From positions 32,001 through 96,000 of IMG/VR virus record IMGVR_UViG_3300021961_000040: a DNA stretch of 64,000 nucleotides; one strand, 5' to 3'. The notes beneath the pieces are model-generated. The model was not told the DNA's origin and searched no databases. It worked only from the letters and a program-made list of their open reading frames with translations. The DNA is from a virus. Position 1 is the first letter of the stretch, and every line of letters begins with the position of its first letter. The position numbers were made by a program, and so were the translations under genes. Of this stretch, positions 9,793 through 18,191 are shown one piece after another.

Positions 9793-10030
9793 ATGAAAGA
9801 AATCATGGAAGAATGGCGTTTGTTCTTAAACGTAATTTTGGTTGGAATGACGATGTTGATTTTCTTAAAAAAATTCAGTCGAAAGGTCGCAAAGAGAATT
9901 TGAAGAGACAAGTATGAAAAAGACAATTCCTCCTGCTGCATTTGATAGAATGATTGGTGGCTACGAAAGCCCAAGCGAAGATGAAGGTTTTGTAGACGTG
10001 CGTAATATTGAAGCTTGGTGGGCAAAGTAA
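9793..10030 (+). pseudogene. degraded P-loop kinase (AAA_33/PNK-like) remnant
   Basis: leader MKEIMEEWRLFLN, then fragments in other frames ending KTIPPAAFDRMIGGYESPSEDEGF. Confidence 0.45.
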
Positions 10031-10079
10031 GCTTGTAAAAGCTTGATAAAATTATTATAATTCTTGCATAGGAGAAGTT

Positions 10080-10511
10080 ATGCAAAAATTGATTATTGTG
10101 TCTGGTTATTTTAATCCAATACACAAAGGTCACGTAGAGTATTTGCAGAATGCAAAATTGCAAGGAGACGTACTTTGTGTAATTGTAAACAGCGATCTTC
10201 AGAGAGCGTTAAAAGGGTCCAAGCCTTTTATGAACGAAGAAGAGCGAGTATTTATTGTTAAAAACATCAAAGGGGTTGATATAACATTTTTATCTTGCGA
10301 TCAAGATAGAACTGTTTGCAAATCTCTTAGAGAAATAGTAGCAATTTTTAAAGACAAATATGAAATCTTTTTTGCAAATGGCGGTGATCAAAACAATGAT
10401 ACTATCCCTGAAAGACCTGTCTGTGAAGAACTTGGTATTAAGTTAATTGATGGCTTGGGTGATAAAATTCAATCTTCGTCTTGGCTTTTAAAAGGAGAAG
10501 ATCATGCGTAA
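10080..10511 (+). CDS. cytidylyltransferase family protein (HxGH)
   Basis: VSGYFNPIHKGHVEYL, VIVNSD, FANGGD, KIQSSS. Confidence 0.88.
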   Translation: MQKLIIVSGYFNPIHKGHVEYLQNAKLQGDVLCVIVNSDLQRALKGSKPFMNEEERVFIVKNIKGVDITFLSCDQDRTVCKSLREIVAIFKDKYEIFFANGGDQNNDTIPERPVCEELGIKLIDGLGDKIQSSSWLLKGEDHA

Positions 10512-11292
10512 AATTGTTTTATTTGACATGGACGGAACATTAACTCCGGCCAGAAAACAAATTGAACCAGATATGATTAGGGCTCTTAAGTTTTTAGAAA
10601 AAGAATACGAAATTGGAATTGTTACAGGGTCCGATTTTGAATACGTTAGGCAGCAAATTAAGCCTGCATTAGATATTGGCGGTATTCGATTAAGCACTTT
10701 ACATATTTTTCCCTGTAACGGAACCAAGTACTATAAATGGGAAAATAACAAATTTAAATGCCAATATTCGGCTGATATGATTAGCGAAGTCGGAGAAGAA
10801 AACTACCAATATCTCTTGCAGACGCTTTTCTCAGGTCAGCTTTTGATTTCTCTGCGTCACAAGCTACCCTACACAGGTACATTTTTTCATTACAGAGGGT
10901 CTATGCTAAACTGGTGCCCAATCGGTCGGTCTGCTAAAGACCGAGAAAGAGAAGCTTGGGTTGCTGCTGATAATGAATCAAAAATTAGAACAAAATACTT
11001 AGATTTTATCAAAGAAGCTATTGATAAGAAAAAAATGAAGCTACAAGTTGCACTCGGTGGGGCTACCAGCTTCGATATATTTCCAGAAGGCTGGGACAAA
11101 ACATACGTCTTAAAACACCTAGAAGCGTTTAAAGAGATAATTTTTATTGGGGATGCTTGCGAAGAAGGTGGAAATGACCATGAGATCTATACCCTCTTAA
11201 AGGACGGAGATGACACGCAGAGCTACTCTACAACAGGCCCATTGGTTACTGCAAAGATTGTTGAACTATTAATTCTAGGAGACTCTGCGTAG
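10504..11292 (+). CDS. HAD-IIB phosphomannomutase (eukaryotic PMM-like)
   Basis: LFDMDGTLTPARK, VTGSD, RGSMLNWCPIGR, GGATSFDIFPEGWDKTYVL, FIGD..GGNDHEIY. Confidence 0.88.
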   Translation: MRKIVLFDMDGTLTPARKQIEPDMIRALKFLEKEYEIGIVTGSDFEYVRQQIKPALDIGGIRLSTLHIFPCNGTKYYKWENNKFKCQYSADMISEVGEENYQYLLQTLFSGQLLISLRHKLPYTGTFFHYRGSMLNWCPIGRSAKDREREAWVAADNESKIRTKYLDFIKEAIDKKKMKLQVALGGATSFDIFPEGWDKTYVLKHLEAFKEIIFIGDACEEGGNDHEIYTLLKDGDDTQSYSTTGPLVTAKIVELLILGDSA

Positions 11293-11297
11293 GTCTA

Positions 11298-11885
11298 ATG
11301 AATACTTTTATACTTTCTCTAGATCCAAATGAAGCAGCAAGATTTCACTGCAACAAACATGTTGTTAAAATGATCTTAGAAAGCGCGCAAATGCTATGTG
11401 CTGCTCATTGGATTCATCTCTTAAAATCTCATAATAAGACAGTCAATGATTTCAAAAGAATTCGTGATGCACAGCAATGGGCATACGAACACACTGAAAA
11501 AGAATTGCAGCCTCCGTGGAAAATGTCTCATTTGCGACACCCGTGTACAATATGGACAGCAGAAAATATTTCAAATTATAAGTGGCAATTATCACTTTGT
11601 CAGGCTTTGTTAGCAGAATATTTTATTCGCTATCAAAGAAATCACAAGACTGAGCATGAAGCAAAATGGCTTGCAAAAAACATGCCCGTGGGTATTTCAA
11701 ATAGTTATCTGTCAGACTTTCCTGTTTGCATGAAAGATGAGTATAAGGTAGCAGACGAACATGGTATAATAAACATCGTCGAGTCTTATAGAAATTACTA
11801 TATTAAAGATAAAGTAAGATTTGCAAAATGGGAGCCCCGAGCTTCTATGCCTATGTGGTTTAAAAAAGGGATTAAAAATGAATAA
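11298..11885 (+). CDS. pyrimidine dimer DNA glycosylase (DenV-like) family protein
   Basis: MNTFIL...HCNKHVVKMILESAQML, HPCTIW, YRNYY..DK. Confidence 0.75.
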   Translation: MNTFILSLDPNEAARFHCNKHVVKMILESAQMLCAAHWIHLLKSHNKTVNDFKRIRDAQQWAYEHTEKELQPPWKMSHLRHPCTIWTAENISNYKWQLSLCQALLAEYFIRYQRNHKTEHEAKWLAKNMPVGISNSYLSDFPVCMKDEYKVADEHGIINIVESYRNYYIKDKVRFAKWEPRASMPMWFKKGIKNE

Positions 11886-12085
11886 AGAAGATTTAGACAA
11901 GTTATTAAATTTAAGAAAAACACTTATTGATGATTATCAAAAACTAAGAGACTATAAGTCAAATAAGAATGCATTGATCAAAGAAGTTGACCATGCAGCT
12001 AAAATTCATTGGACAATTGTTCAGATAGATAATATTTTAAAAGAACACGTTAGTTTTGAATGATCAAGCTAATAATTAAAGTGGC

Positions 12086-12442
12086 GTGGGTATGCTTAAT
12101 TCTAATATTGTTTTCGGCGTCATGTTTGTCGTTACAGGTCATGTTCTCGCTTGGTATACACATAATCTACAGTTTGTGTACGAGTATTGGAAAACTCGCC
12201 CCATACTTTCTAATATAATTTTTGGCATACCTTGCGGGTTTGCCTATTGGTATGCTACTAAGTTTTTTATGGCGGTCACAGGTGAACTTTGGACTAGTAG
12301 ATTTATTGCTTTTTCTTTGTCATATTTAACATTTCCTATTATGACGTGGTTTTATTTGGGTGAGTCAATGTTTACTCAAAAGACGCTAATTTGTACATTT
12401 TTGGCGTTTATGATTATATTAGTGCAATATATTTACAAATAA
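12086..12442 (+). CDS. small multi-pass membrane protein (DMT/EamA-like)
   Basis: four hydrophobic segments, GE near C-terminus. Confidence 0.55.
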   Translation: MGMLNSNIVFGVMFVVTGHVLAWYTHNLQFVYEYWKTRPILSNIIFGIPCGFAYWYATKFFMAVTGELWTSRFIAFSLSYLTFPIMTWFYLGESMFTQKTLICTFLAFMIILVQYIYK

Positions 12443-12872
12443 GGGCCTGACACGGTTTCGACGGGGTAGAATCAAGGGAGAGTGCAAGCAGGAAAGATAC
12501 ATCCTTAAAAGTTCAAAAACAATAGTTGCAAACAACAACACACACTTCGACGCAGTCGCACTCGCGGCGTAATCGGGTGGCCGCTTAAAGCCATCTATCC
12601 AATTTAAGCAAAACAACAGATAAGTTGTAAAAATCGAAATGGTTACCCAATATTGCTGCGGTGGTTAGACAGACAGGCTTAAATCGTACAATCTGGTGGC
12701 GCTTAGAAAGAAATTGCTAAGACAGTCAGATCAATATTGGTGGAGCGCAACAGGTCGGTAAGCGCAGGGAAAACCGACTATCTTTTCTAATTTGTGATAG
12801 TAAATTAGACAAGCTTGTGAATGACTCAAACTAAGACTGCTGCGGAAGCTGGTTCGACTCCAGCCAGGTCCA
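12443..12872 (+). ncRNA. ssrA: tmRNA, tag peptide (A)ANNNTHFDAVALAA
   Basis: acceptor GGGCCTG/CAGGTCC-A with G3.U70, GGTTTCGAC, T-loop GGTTCGACT; resume codon GCA at 12528, tag ends ALAA-TAA at 12572. Confidence 0.95.
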
Positions 12873-12937
12873 CTATTTTTAATAAATTACTTATACAGGT
12901 GCATACTTAATAGCATGAGTGAAACGAAGAGGAGTCT

Positions 12938-13828
12938 ATGAGCGCAGAAACTTACAATAAAAACCAGTCTAGAAGATTCGGATGGAAGCCTGACTGGTTC
13001 ATACCTGATCATAAAGACTTTGATACAGTATTAACAGCTGCAATTAGAGAATTTCAGTCAGCACGAGGATTATCAGCAGACGGTATGTGCGGACCAGGAA
13101 CCTATAGAATAATATTGTCCGAAAGAGAAGCTTTAGAAGCTGCACATAATTCAGAATGGATTACAGACAATTCTGATGTTCTATGGTGGGGCGACAAGCC
13201 TATCAAGATCGATTGGCCATCAGAAAAAGTTCACACCTTCAAGGATGCAGGTTTTCCCTATCCCATTAGTAAAGGTCTGACAAAATATAACAGCCAAAGA
13301 GATATCAAGTCTTTTGTAACGCATTGGGATGTATGCCTTAACAGCATGTCTTGCGCAAAAGTCCTTGCTAAAAGAAACGTATCAGTTCACTTTTGTATTG
13401 ACAACGACGGCACAATTATTCAGCTTCATGACTTGAATGATGCATGCTGGCACGCCGGAAACTCTAAGGTCAATAGCACGGGAGTCGGTGTAGAGATTGC
13501 AAATGCTTTTTACTTAAAGCATCAAAGCTGGTATAAAAGAAATGGATTTGGAGAAAGGCCAATCATGAGCGGCGCTCTTGCACAAAATAGAAAAGTAGAA
13601 GACTTTACTTGGTTCTACCCGGTTCAAATAGAAGCTCTCAAAGCTCTTTACAAAGCAATGCACGAAGGGTGCGGTATTCCTCTAGAAGCACCTGCAGAAA
13701 AATGGGCTTATGACTCTCATGCTGCTAGCGGGAGATTTAAAGGATTTATGAACCATTTTCACTGCAGTGAGAAAAAGATTGATTGCGCAGGTCTAGATAT
13801 AGAAGAGATACTAAAGGAAATTAAATGA
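12938..13828 (+). CDS. endolysin: PG-binding domain plus N-acetylmuramoyl-L-alanine amidase
   Basis: AIREFQSARGLSADGMCGPGT (PG_binding_1); SVHFCID, CWHAG..N..GVGVEI, H...KIDC (Amidase_2). Confidence 0.88.
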   Translation: MSAETYNKNQSRRFGWKPDWFIPDHKDFDTVLTAAIREFQSARGLSADGMCGPGTYRIILSEREALEAAHNSEWITDNSDVLWWGDKPIKIDWPSEKVHTFKDAGFPYPISKGLTKYNSQRDIKSFVTHWDVCLNSMSCAKVLAKRNVSVHFCIDNDGTIIQLHDLNDACWHAGNSKVNSTGVGVEIANAFYLKHQSWYKRNGFGERPIMSGALAQNRKVEDFTWFYPVQIEALKALYKAMHEGCGIPLEAPAEKWAYDSHAASGRFKGFMNHFHCSEKKIDCAGLDIEEILKEIK

Positions 13829-14118
13829 AAATCACACGTAAAGAATTAAGAAGATTAATAGTAGAAACTGTTTTAAATGAAGACACAGTCAAGATGCATA
13901 CAGTTAAAAAAGGAGAGACACTTTCTCAAATATACAGCAGACACATGGGTGTATCGTTATCATCAGATCAGATTAATCAACTAGTACAAATGCAAAACGA
14001 CAGAGTCGACGCCGGAGACAGTGGGTTGACAAGAATAGAATCAGCTGATAGTGTCAAAGCAGGAGACAAAATTCTTTTGCCGGGTGAACAGACATCAATT
14101 GCTATAGGGGCAATGTAA
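13825..14118 (+). CDS. LysM-domain protein with MKITRKELRRLIVE leader
   Basis: HTVKKGETLSQI...VKAGDKILLP. Confidence 0.75.
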   Translation: MKITRKELRRLIVETVLNEDTVKMHTVKKGETLSQIYSRHMGVSLSSDQINQLVQMQNDRVDAGDSGLTRIESADSVKAGDKILLPGEQTSIAIGAM

Positions 14119-14657
14119 TGAAAATAAACAGAAGACAACTTCGTAAAATTATAAATGAGTTTCTTGATACGTCAAGGCCCATGATTGACCAACCCATTCC
14201 TGACCTCAAAGATTTGTCAAATACCTCAGTGTACGATCAACTTACAAACTCAGAGCGTGCAGCTTTTGTTTCCGCAATGGGAGTTGCAGGAGATGCAGGA
14301 GTTCCTGGAACCAGTCAAGAACTAAACGAAGGAGATATGATTCCGTTTCGTCAGCGTCAAAGAGCACTTCCAGATTTAGATGGTGATATAACACCTGACG
14401 ATTTAAGAGCTGCCGGGCTGGCGCCTGTTCACCACTTGCCTCCGACACCGGAGGAAGAAGAAAATCTTCAAAGAAAGCTGACCACTGCTAGACTGTCTAA
14501 TCTTCCTGATGATGACGATCTAGATGAAATGATTGAATTGCTTGCACAACGATATGAAAAAGAAAAAAGACGCGCCGAAGATCTTGCATCGCAAGGAGTT
14601 GATGTATTACCTTCAAGATTCATGAGAGATGCCGACGCTGATTATGATGACTATTAA
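14118..14657 (+). CDS. acidic protein with MKINRRQLRKIINE leader
   Basis: shared leader motif, TAATG coupling. Confidence 0.6.
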   Translation: MKINRRQLRKIINEFLDTSRPMIDQPIPDLKDLSNTSVYDQLTNSERAAFVSAMGVAGDAGVPGTSQELNEGDMIPFRQRQRALPDLDGDITPDDLRAAGLAPVHHLPPTPEEEENLQRKLTTARLSNLPDDDDLDEMIELLAQRYEKEKRRAEDLASQGVDVLPSRFMRDADADYDDY

Positions 14658-14675
14658 AATTAAGTCAAAATAAAA

Positions 14676-14704
14676 GTGTACACTCTAAAAATCGTGTCTA
14701 TGTT
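14676..14704 (+). promoter_or_regulatory. GTGTAC-N17-TATGTT promoter
   Basis: family consensus, 17 bp spacer. Confidence 0.6.
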
Positions 14705-14707
14705 ATA

Positions 14708-14760
14708 TTTGCGACGCCTAATGGGTCGCAAAATACTATCAAACTTGCTTAAATAAGGAG
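14708..14760 (+). promoter_or_regulatory. ROSE-like RNA thermometer in hsp20 5' UTR
   Basis: hairpin TTTGCGAC/GTCGCAAA, then CTTGCTT-AAAT-AAGGAG pairing the SD with a bulged G. Confidence 0.65.
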
Positions 14761-14766
14761 GACGAT

Positions 14767-15195
14767 ATGACACGTTTGATGATGAGAACCACACCTGCAA
14801 TTATGAGCAGCAGAGCTTTTGACCAGTTTTTTGAAGGCTTTTTTGCAGAACCCGACCACTGGGTCAAGAATTCAACAGAAGGATATCCACTGACAGATAT
14901 TTGGCGTGAAGACGATGACACCCAAGTCATTCAGATGGCACTCGCAGGTTTTGCGCGAGATAGCTTAAGCGTCGAAACTGACAAAAACCGTATCACCATC
15001 TCTTCTGCCAAAACAGACGAAGATGACAAGCGGAGCGCAAGACGCATCGCGCGTCGAGCTTTTACCAAGACCTTTGTTGATCACCAGAATCAGTTGGATA
15101 TGTCAAAGGCAGAAGCCGATTTTACAGATGGTTTACTTACTGTACGAATCCCACCCGTAATTAAATCTAAAAAGACAACAATTAAAATCAAGTAA
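14767..15195 (+). CDS. small heat shock protein Hsp20 (IbpA-like)
   Basis: GYPLTDI, MALAGF, RRIARRAFTKTF, ADFTDGLLTVRIP. Confidence 0.92.
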   Translation: MTRLMMRTTPAIMSSRAFDQFFEGFFAEPDHWVKNSTEGYPLTDIWREDDDTQVIQMALAGFARDSLSVETDKNRITISSAKTDEDDKRSARRIARRAFTKTFVDHQNQLDMSKAEADFTDGLLTVRIPPVIKSKKTTIKIK

Positions 15196-15209
15196 TTGTT
15201 AAGAATTTG

Positions 15210-15245
15210 AACTCCTCGCTGTATAGTTATAGTGAGGAGTTTTTG
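15210..15245 (+). terminator. intrinsic terminator overlapping late motif and RBS of Fic gene
   Basis: 14 bp stem AACTCCTCGCTGTA/TATAGTGAGGAGTT followed by T-run. Confidence 0.7.
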
Positions 15246-15246
15246 T

Positions 15247-15888
15247 ATGCGTATAACTAGGAAAAATCTTAGAAAAATAATATTAGAAAATATTAGAGAG
15301 GCTATAGACTTACAAGCATTGCAATCCGCTACAAATTTTATATATCGATCAAATGAAATTGAAGAATACATTGACGATCCTAAAGAAATATTTAGTGCGC
15401 TTGAAGGTGTTGTGCAAGGATATCCAGCAAGCTACGTTACAAGAAGTGCAAATATAAAAGCACAAATTCTTGGAATTCAAGCAACAACAACGTTTGAGGA
15501 TAGAAAAGGCGCTACACTCGCAGAGGCTTTAGAGGTACATAGAGCGATGGGTGCTGATGTTTTAGACTCTGGCGTTCCAGGAATGCTTAGAGATAATGAT
15601 GCGAGATCTGCAGGAGGAACCATTTATGTTTCTCCTGAGTTTGTAGCCGAAGCTATGTCATGGTGGGAATCTAGTGATTTTGGAACGCCTTTTGAAAGGC
15701 ACGCTGTCTATGAGTTAATTCATCCATTTTCAGACGGAAACGGCCGGAGTGGCAGAATACTGCTGTTGTCAAATATGAATTACAACTATGCTGCCGCCAA
15801 CGGAATGATTGGAGAAGGTTATTTTGATAGATTAGATATGTTTAATGATCAATATCAAAATTACTTTGCAGAAAGAGGTTGGCTGTGA
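15247..15888 (+). CDS. Fic-domain protein with MRITRKNLRKIILE leader
   Basis: canonical HPFSDGNGRSGR motif. Confidence 0.88.
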   Translation: MRITRKNLRKIILENIREAIDLQALQSATNFIYRSNEIEEYIDDPKEIFSALEGVVQGYPASYVTRSANIKAQILGIQATTTFEDRKGATLAEALEVHRAMGADVLDSGVPGMLRDNDARSAGGTIYVSPEFVAEAMSWWESSDFGTPFERHAVYELIHPFSDGNGRSGRILLLSNMNYNYAAANGMIGEGYFDRLDMFNDQYQNYFAERGWL

Positions 15889-16466
15889 GAATTACAAAGG
15901 AACACCTAAAAAAGATTATTAGAGAAGAAGTTCTTTTTTCAGAAGGTCTGCGTTATCACCTGAGAGAAGGCGTTTCTTTATCAGAATCTGTATACAGACC
16001 CGGGTCTAAAGCATTTTTTGATCTTATAAATGAAGCGCGCGCAAGATGTCTTGCGCACGAGATAACGCTATCTGAAACTGACATGGAGCTTATTAACAGT
16101 GATCTAGGCAAGTGGGGATTATATGAGGGCTGTGAAGTGGCACTTGACTTTCCTCTCACAGAAGAAGCAGATGTCATGCTTGAAGCAGAATATCGTGGTC
16201 GCAAAGTTAAACTTAATAATCCATCCCGAGGTGGAACAAAAAAATTCTATGTCTATGTTAAAAACCCCAAAACAGGCAAGGTAATGAAAGTTGCATTTGG
16301 CGCGAAAGGTATGTCAACAGGTCTTCGAGATCCAAAGCGCAGAAAGTCATTTAAGGATAGGCACAATTGTGAAGACAAGAACGACAAGACGAAAGCAGGT
16401 TATTGGTCTTGTAGAATCGGTAGATATCCAAAAGTGACAGGGGCACCCTATGTCACATGGTGGTAA
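15885..16466 (+). CDS. conserved large-phage protein with leader (basic C-terminal domain)
   Basis: VRITKEHLKKIIREE leader; AEYRGRKVKLN...KFYVYVKNP...RHNC...AGYWSC. Confidence 0.65.
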   Translation: MRITKEHLKKIIREEVLFSEGLRYHLREGVSLSESVYRPGSKAFFDLINEARARCLAHEITLSETDMELINSDLGKWGLYEGCEVALDFPLTEEADVMLEAEYRGRKVKLNNPSRGGTKKFYVYVKNPKTGKVMKVAFGAKGMSTGLRDPKRRKSFKDRHNCEDKNDKTKAGYWSCRIGRYPKVTGAPYVTWW

Positions 16467-16731
16467 AAAACCTTATTGGGATAAACAGCTAGATGAAAAC
16501 TCTTTTTTAAGAACGTTTTCTCTCAATTGCGACTCGTCAGAGCTTGAGTGGCATCGAGATGTGCAGAATCGTCAAGTCGAAGTTATCTCAGGTAAAGATT
16601 GGAAGTTTCAATACGATAATTGTTTACCAGAAACGATAAAACCTGGCGATAAAATTATAGTTGAAAAGAACGAGTGGCATAGAATAATTAAAGGTAGTAC
16701 AGATTTAATTTTGTTGGTACACGAAAAATGA
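16450..16731 (+). CDS. cupin-like protein
   Basis: ELEWHRD...EWHRIIKG. Confidence 0.55.
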   Translation: MSHGGKKPYWDKQLDENSFLRTFSLNCDSSELEWHRDVQNRQVEVISGKDWKFQYDNCLPETIKPGDKIIVEKNEWHRIIKGSTDLILLVHEK

Positions 16732-16940
16732 GATTGATAGAAAAATTTTTAGAGCATCCAAGAGAACAGGGTGAAACATATCTTGAGCACCTTTACCACG
16801 CCCTTAGGTGTGGTTTGCTTTTAAGCATTGCAAGTATTGCATGCATTATTCACTCCTTTATTCCTTTTATATTTAAGAATACTGCGACAGGTATTATGCG
16901 CAACATTCTTTACCAAAGGTGTAAAGAAGAAAAAAATTAA
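16728..16940 (+). CDS. small membrane protein (DUF6356-like)
   Basis: HPREQGETYLEHL...CIIHSFIPFIF. Confidence 0.55.
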   Translation: MRLIEKFLEHPREQGETYLEHLYHALRCGLLLSIASIACIIHSFIPFIFKNTATGIMRNILYQRCKEEKN

Positions 16941-16967
16941 GTACAATACGCATAAACTGGAAAGTCC

Positions 16968-17309
16968 ATGAAAAAATTATTAATTGAAGAAAAATTTAAA
17001 AAAGCTAGACAGATTTTAGAAAAGAAAAAAGTTATGCAGCTTGAAATAGGCACTGATGAATATACAAGTGTTCTTGAAAGAATTATTAGCGATTTAAAAA
17101 ATGTCAAAAGCTCTCTTCGGACTAGATCGAGAGAGGGTGCTGTACATAGAAAAGAGGCGGGTAGAATACAGGCAGCAATAAATGCAATGAAATACCTGAG
17201 CAACAAAAGCAGAAGAATGATTAATAGTTCAACACTGAAGGAAGAAAAAATCGACCGTGAGACGTTTACTCGTTCAGACGTCAAAAACTTTTTAAAAACT
17301 TTTAAATAG
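16968..17309 (+). CDS. hypothetical protein
   Basis: 113 aa plus-strand ORF. Confidence 0.5.
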   Translation: MKKLLIEEKFKKARQILEKKKVMQLEIGTDEYTSVLERIISDLKNVKSSLRTRSREGAVHRKEAGRIQAAINAMKYLSNKSRRMINSSTLKEEKIDRETFTRSDVKNFLKTFK

Positions 17310-17317
17310 GATTTTTT

Positions 17318-17800
17318 ATGATCTTGCTATCAAATAAACCGCTTTGGGTATGTCCGGGTGGAAACCAGCTGAATAGTGAAGACTTTGCAAAAGAAGCTAA
17401 AAGCTTAATTGCTAGAGGATCTAATGTTTATGTCGGTACAGACTCTATGATCCGAGGAGAAAATTGTATATTTGTAACGGTTATTGCTTTTCACAGCAAC
17501 GAAGGAAAAATAGCTAAGTACTATTATAAAAAATTTAAGATAATAAACAAAGAATACATGAATCTTAAAAATAAAATAAACGAAGAAGTTAACCTATCAG
17601 TTCAAGCCGCTCAAAAAATAAATGAACTTTCACCTAAGACGCCTATCGAACTACATGTAGACATCGGAAGAAATAAAGAAAACAAGACCAGAATGATGTT
17701 GTCTTCTGTATCAGGTTGGGTAACTGGCATGGGTTATGATTTGAAAGTAAAACCTGATTCTTGGGCTTCGTCGTCCATCGCAGATAATCATACAAAGTAA
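17318..17800 (+). CDS. RNase H-like YkuK (DUF458) family protein
   Basis: YVGTDS, E..LS, ELHVDIG, GMGY..KVKPDSWASSSIAD. Confidence 0.8.
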   Translation: MILLSNKPLWVCPGGNQLNSEDFAKEAKSLIARGSNVYVGTDSMIRGENCIFVTVIAFHSNEGKIAKYYYKKFKIINKEYMNLKNKINEEVNLSVQAAQKINELSPKTPIELHVDIGRNKENKTRMMLSSVSGWVTGMGYDLKVKPDSWASSSIADNHTK

Positions 17801-17818
17801 ATATAAGGAGGACCGTCA

Positions 17819-18139
17819 ATGTTTGGTCATTCACCTAGATCTACAATCGAAGAGCTAGTTCAAGAATCTATGCTTGGGATCATCAAAAGCAAAACAGGAA
17901 TTAAAAAGTCAGATCAGATTAAATGCTTAGAGTTTATTACTACTTTTAAAAAAGACGAAGAGGGCGTTATTAGAATTAATTCCATCTACCTTAAGTACAG
18001 AATGAAAGCTGGATACTCTAGAATATCATTAAAAGAAATAAAATTTAGCGGAGCGACAAGTAGTGAATTTGTAACTTATTTGCGCCACTGCGGAGCAAGA
18101 CAAACCACAGACAAAATAGGTTTTCTAGAAAGAATTTAG
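17819..18139 (+). CDS. hypothetical protein
   Basis: AAGGAGG SD. Confidence 0.55.
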   Translation: MFGHSPRSTIEELVQESMLGIIKSKTGIKKSDQIKCLEFITTFKKDEEGVIRINSIYLKYRMKAGYSRISLKEIKFSGATSSEFVTYLRHCGARQTTDKIGFLERI

Positions 18140-18191
18140 TGTGTAAATCTTACTTATGTAAACTATAATAGTGTAGCATAGGAGATTCACT

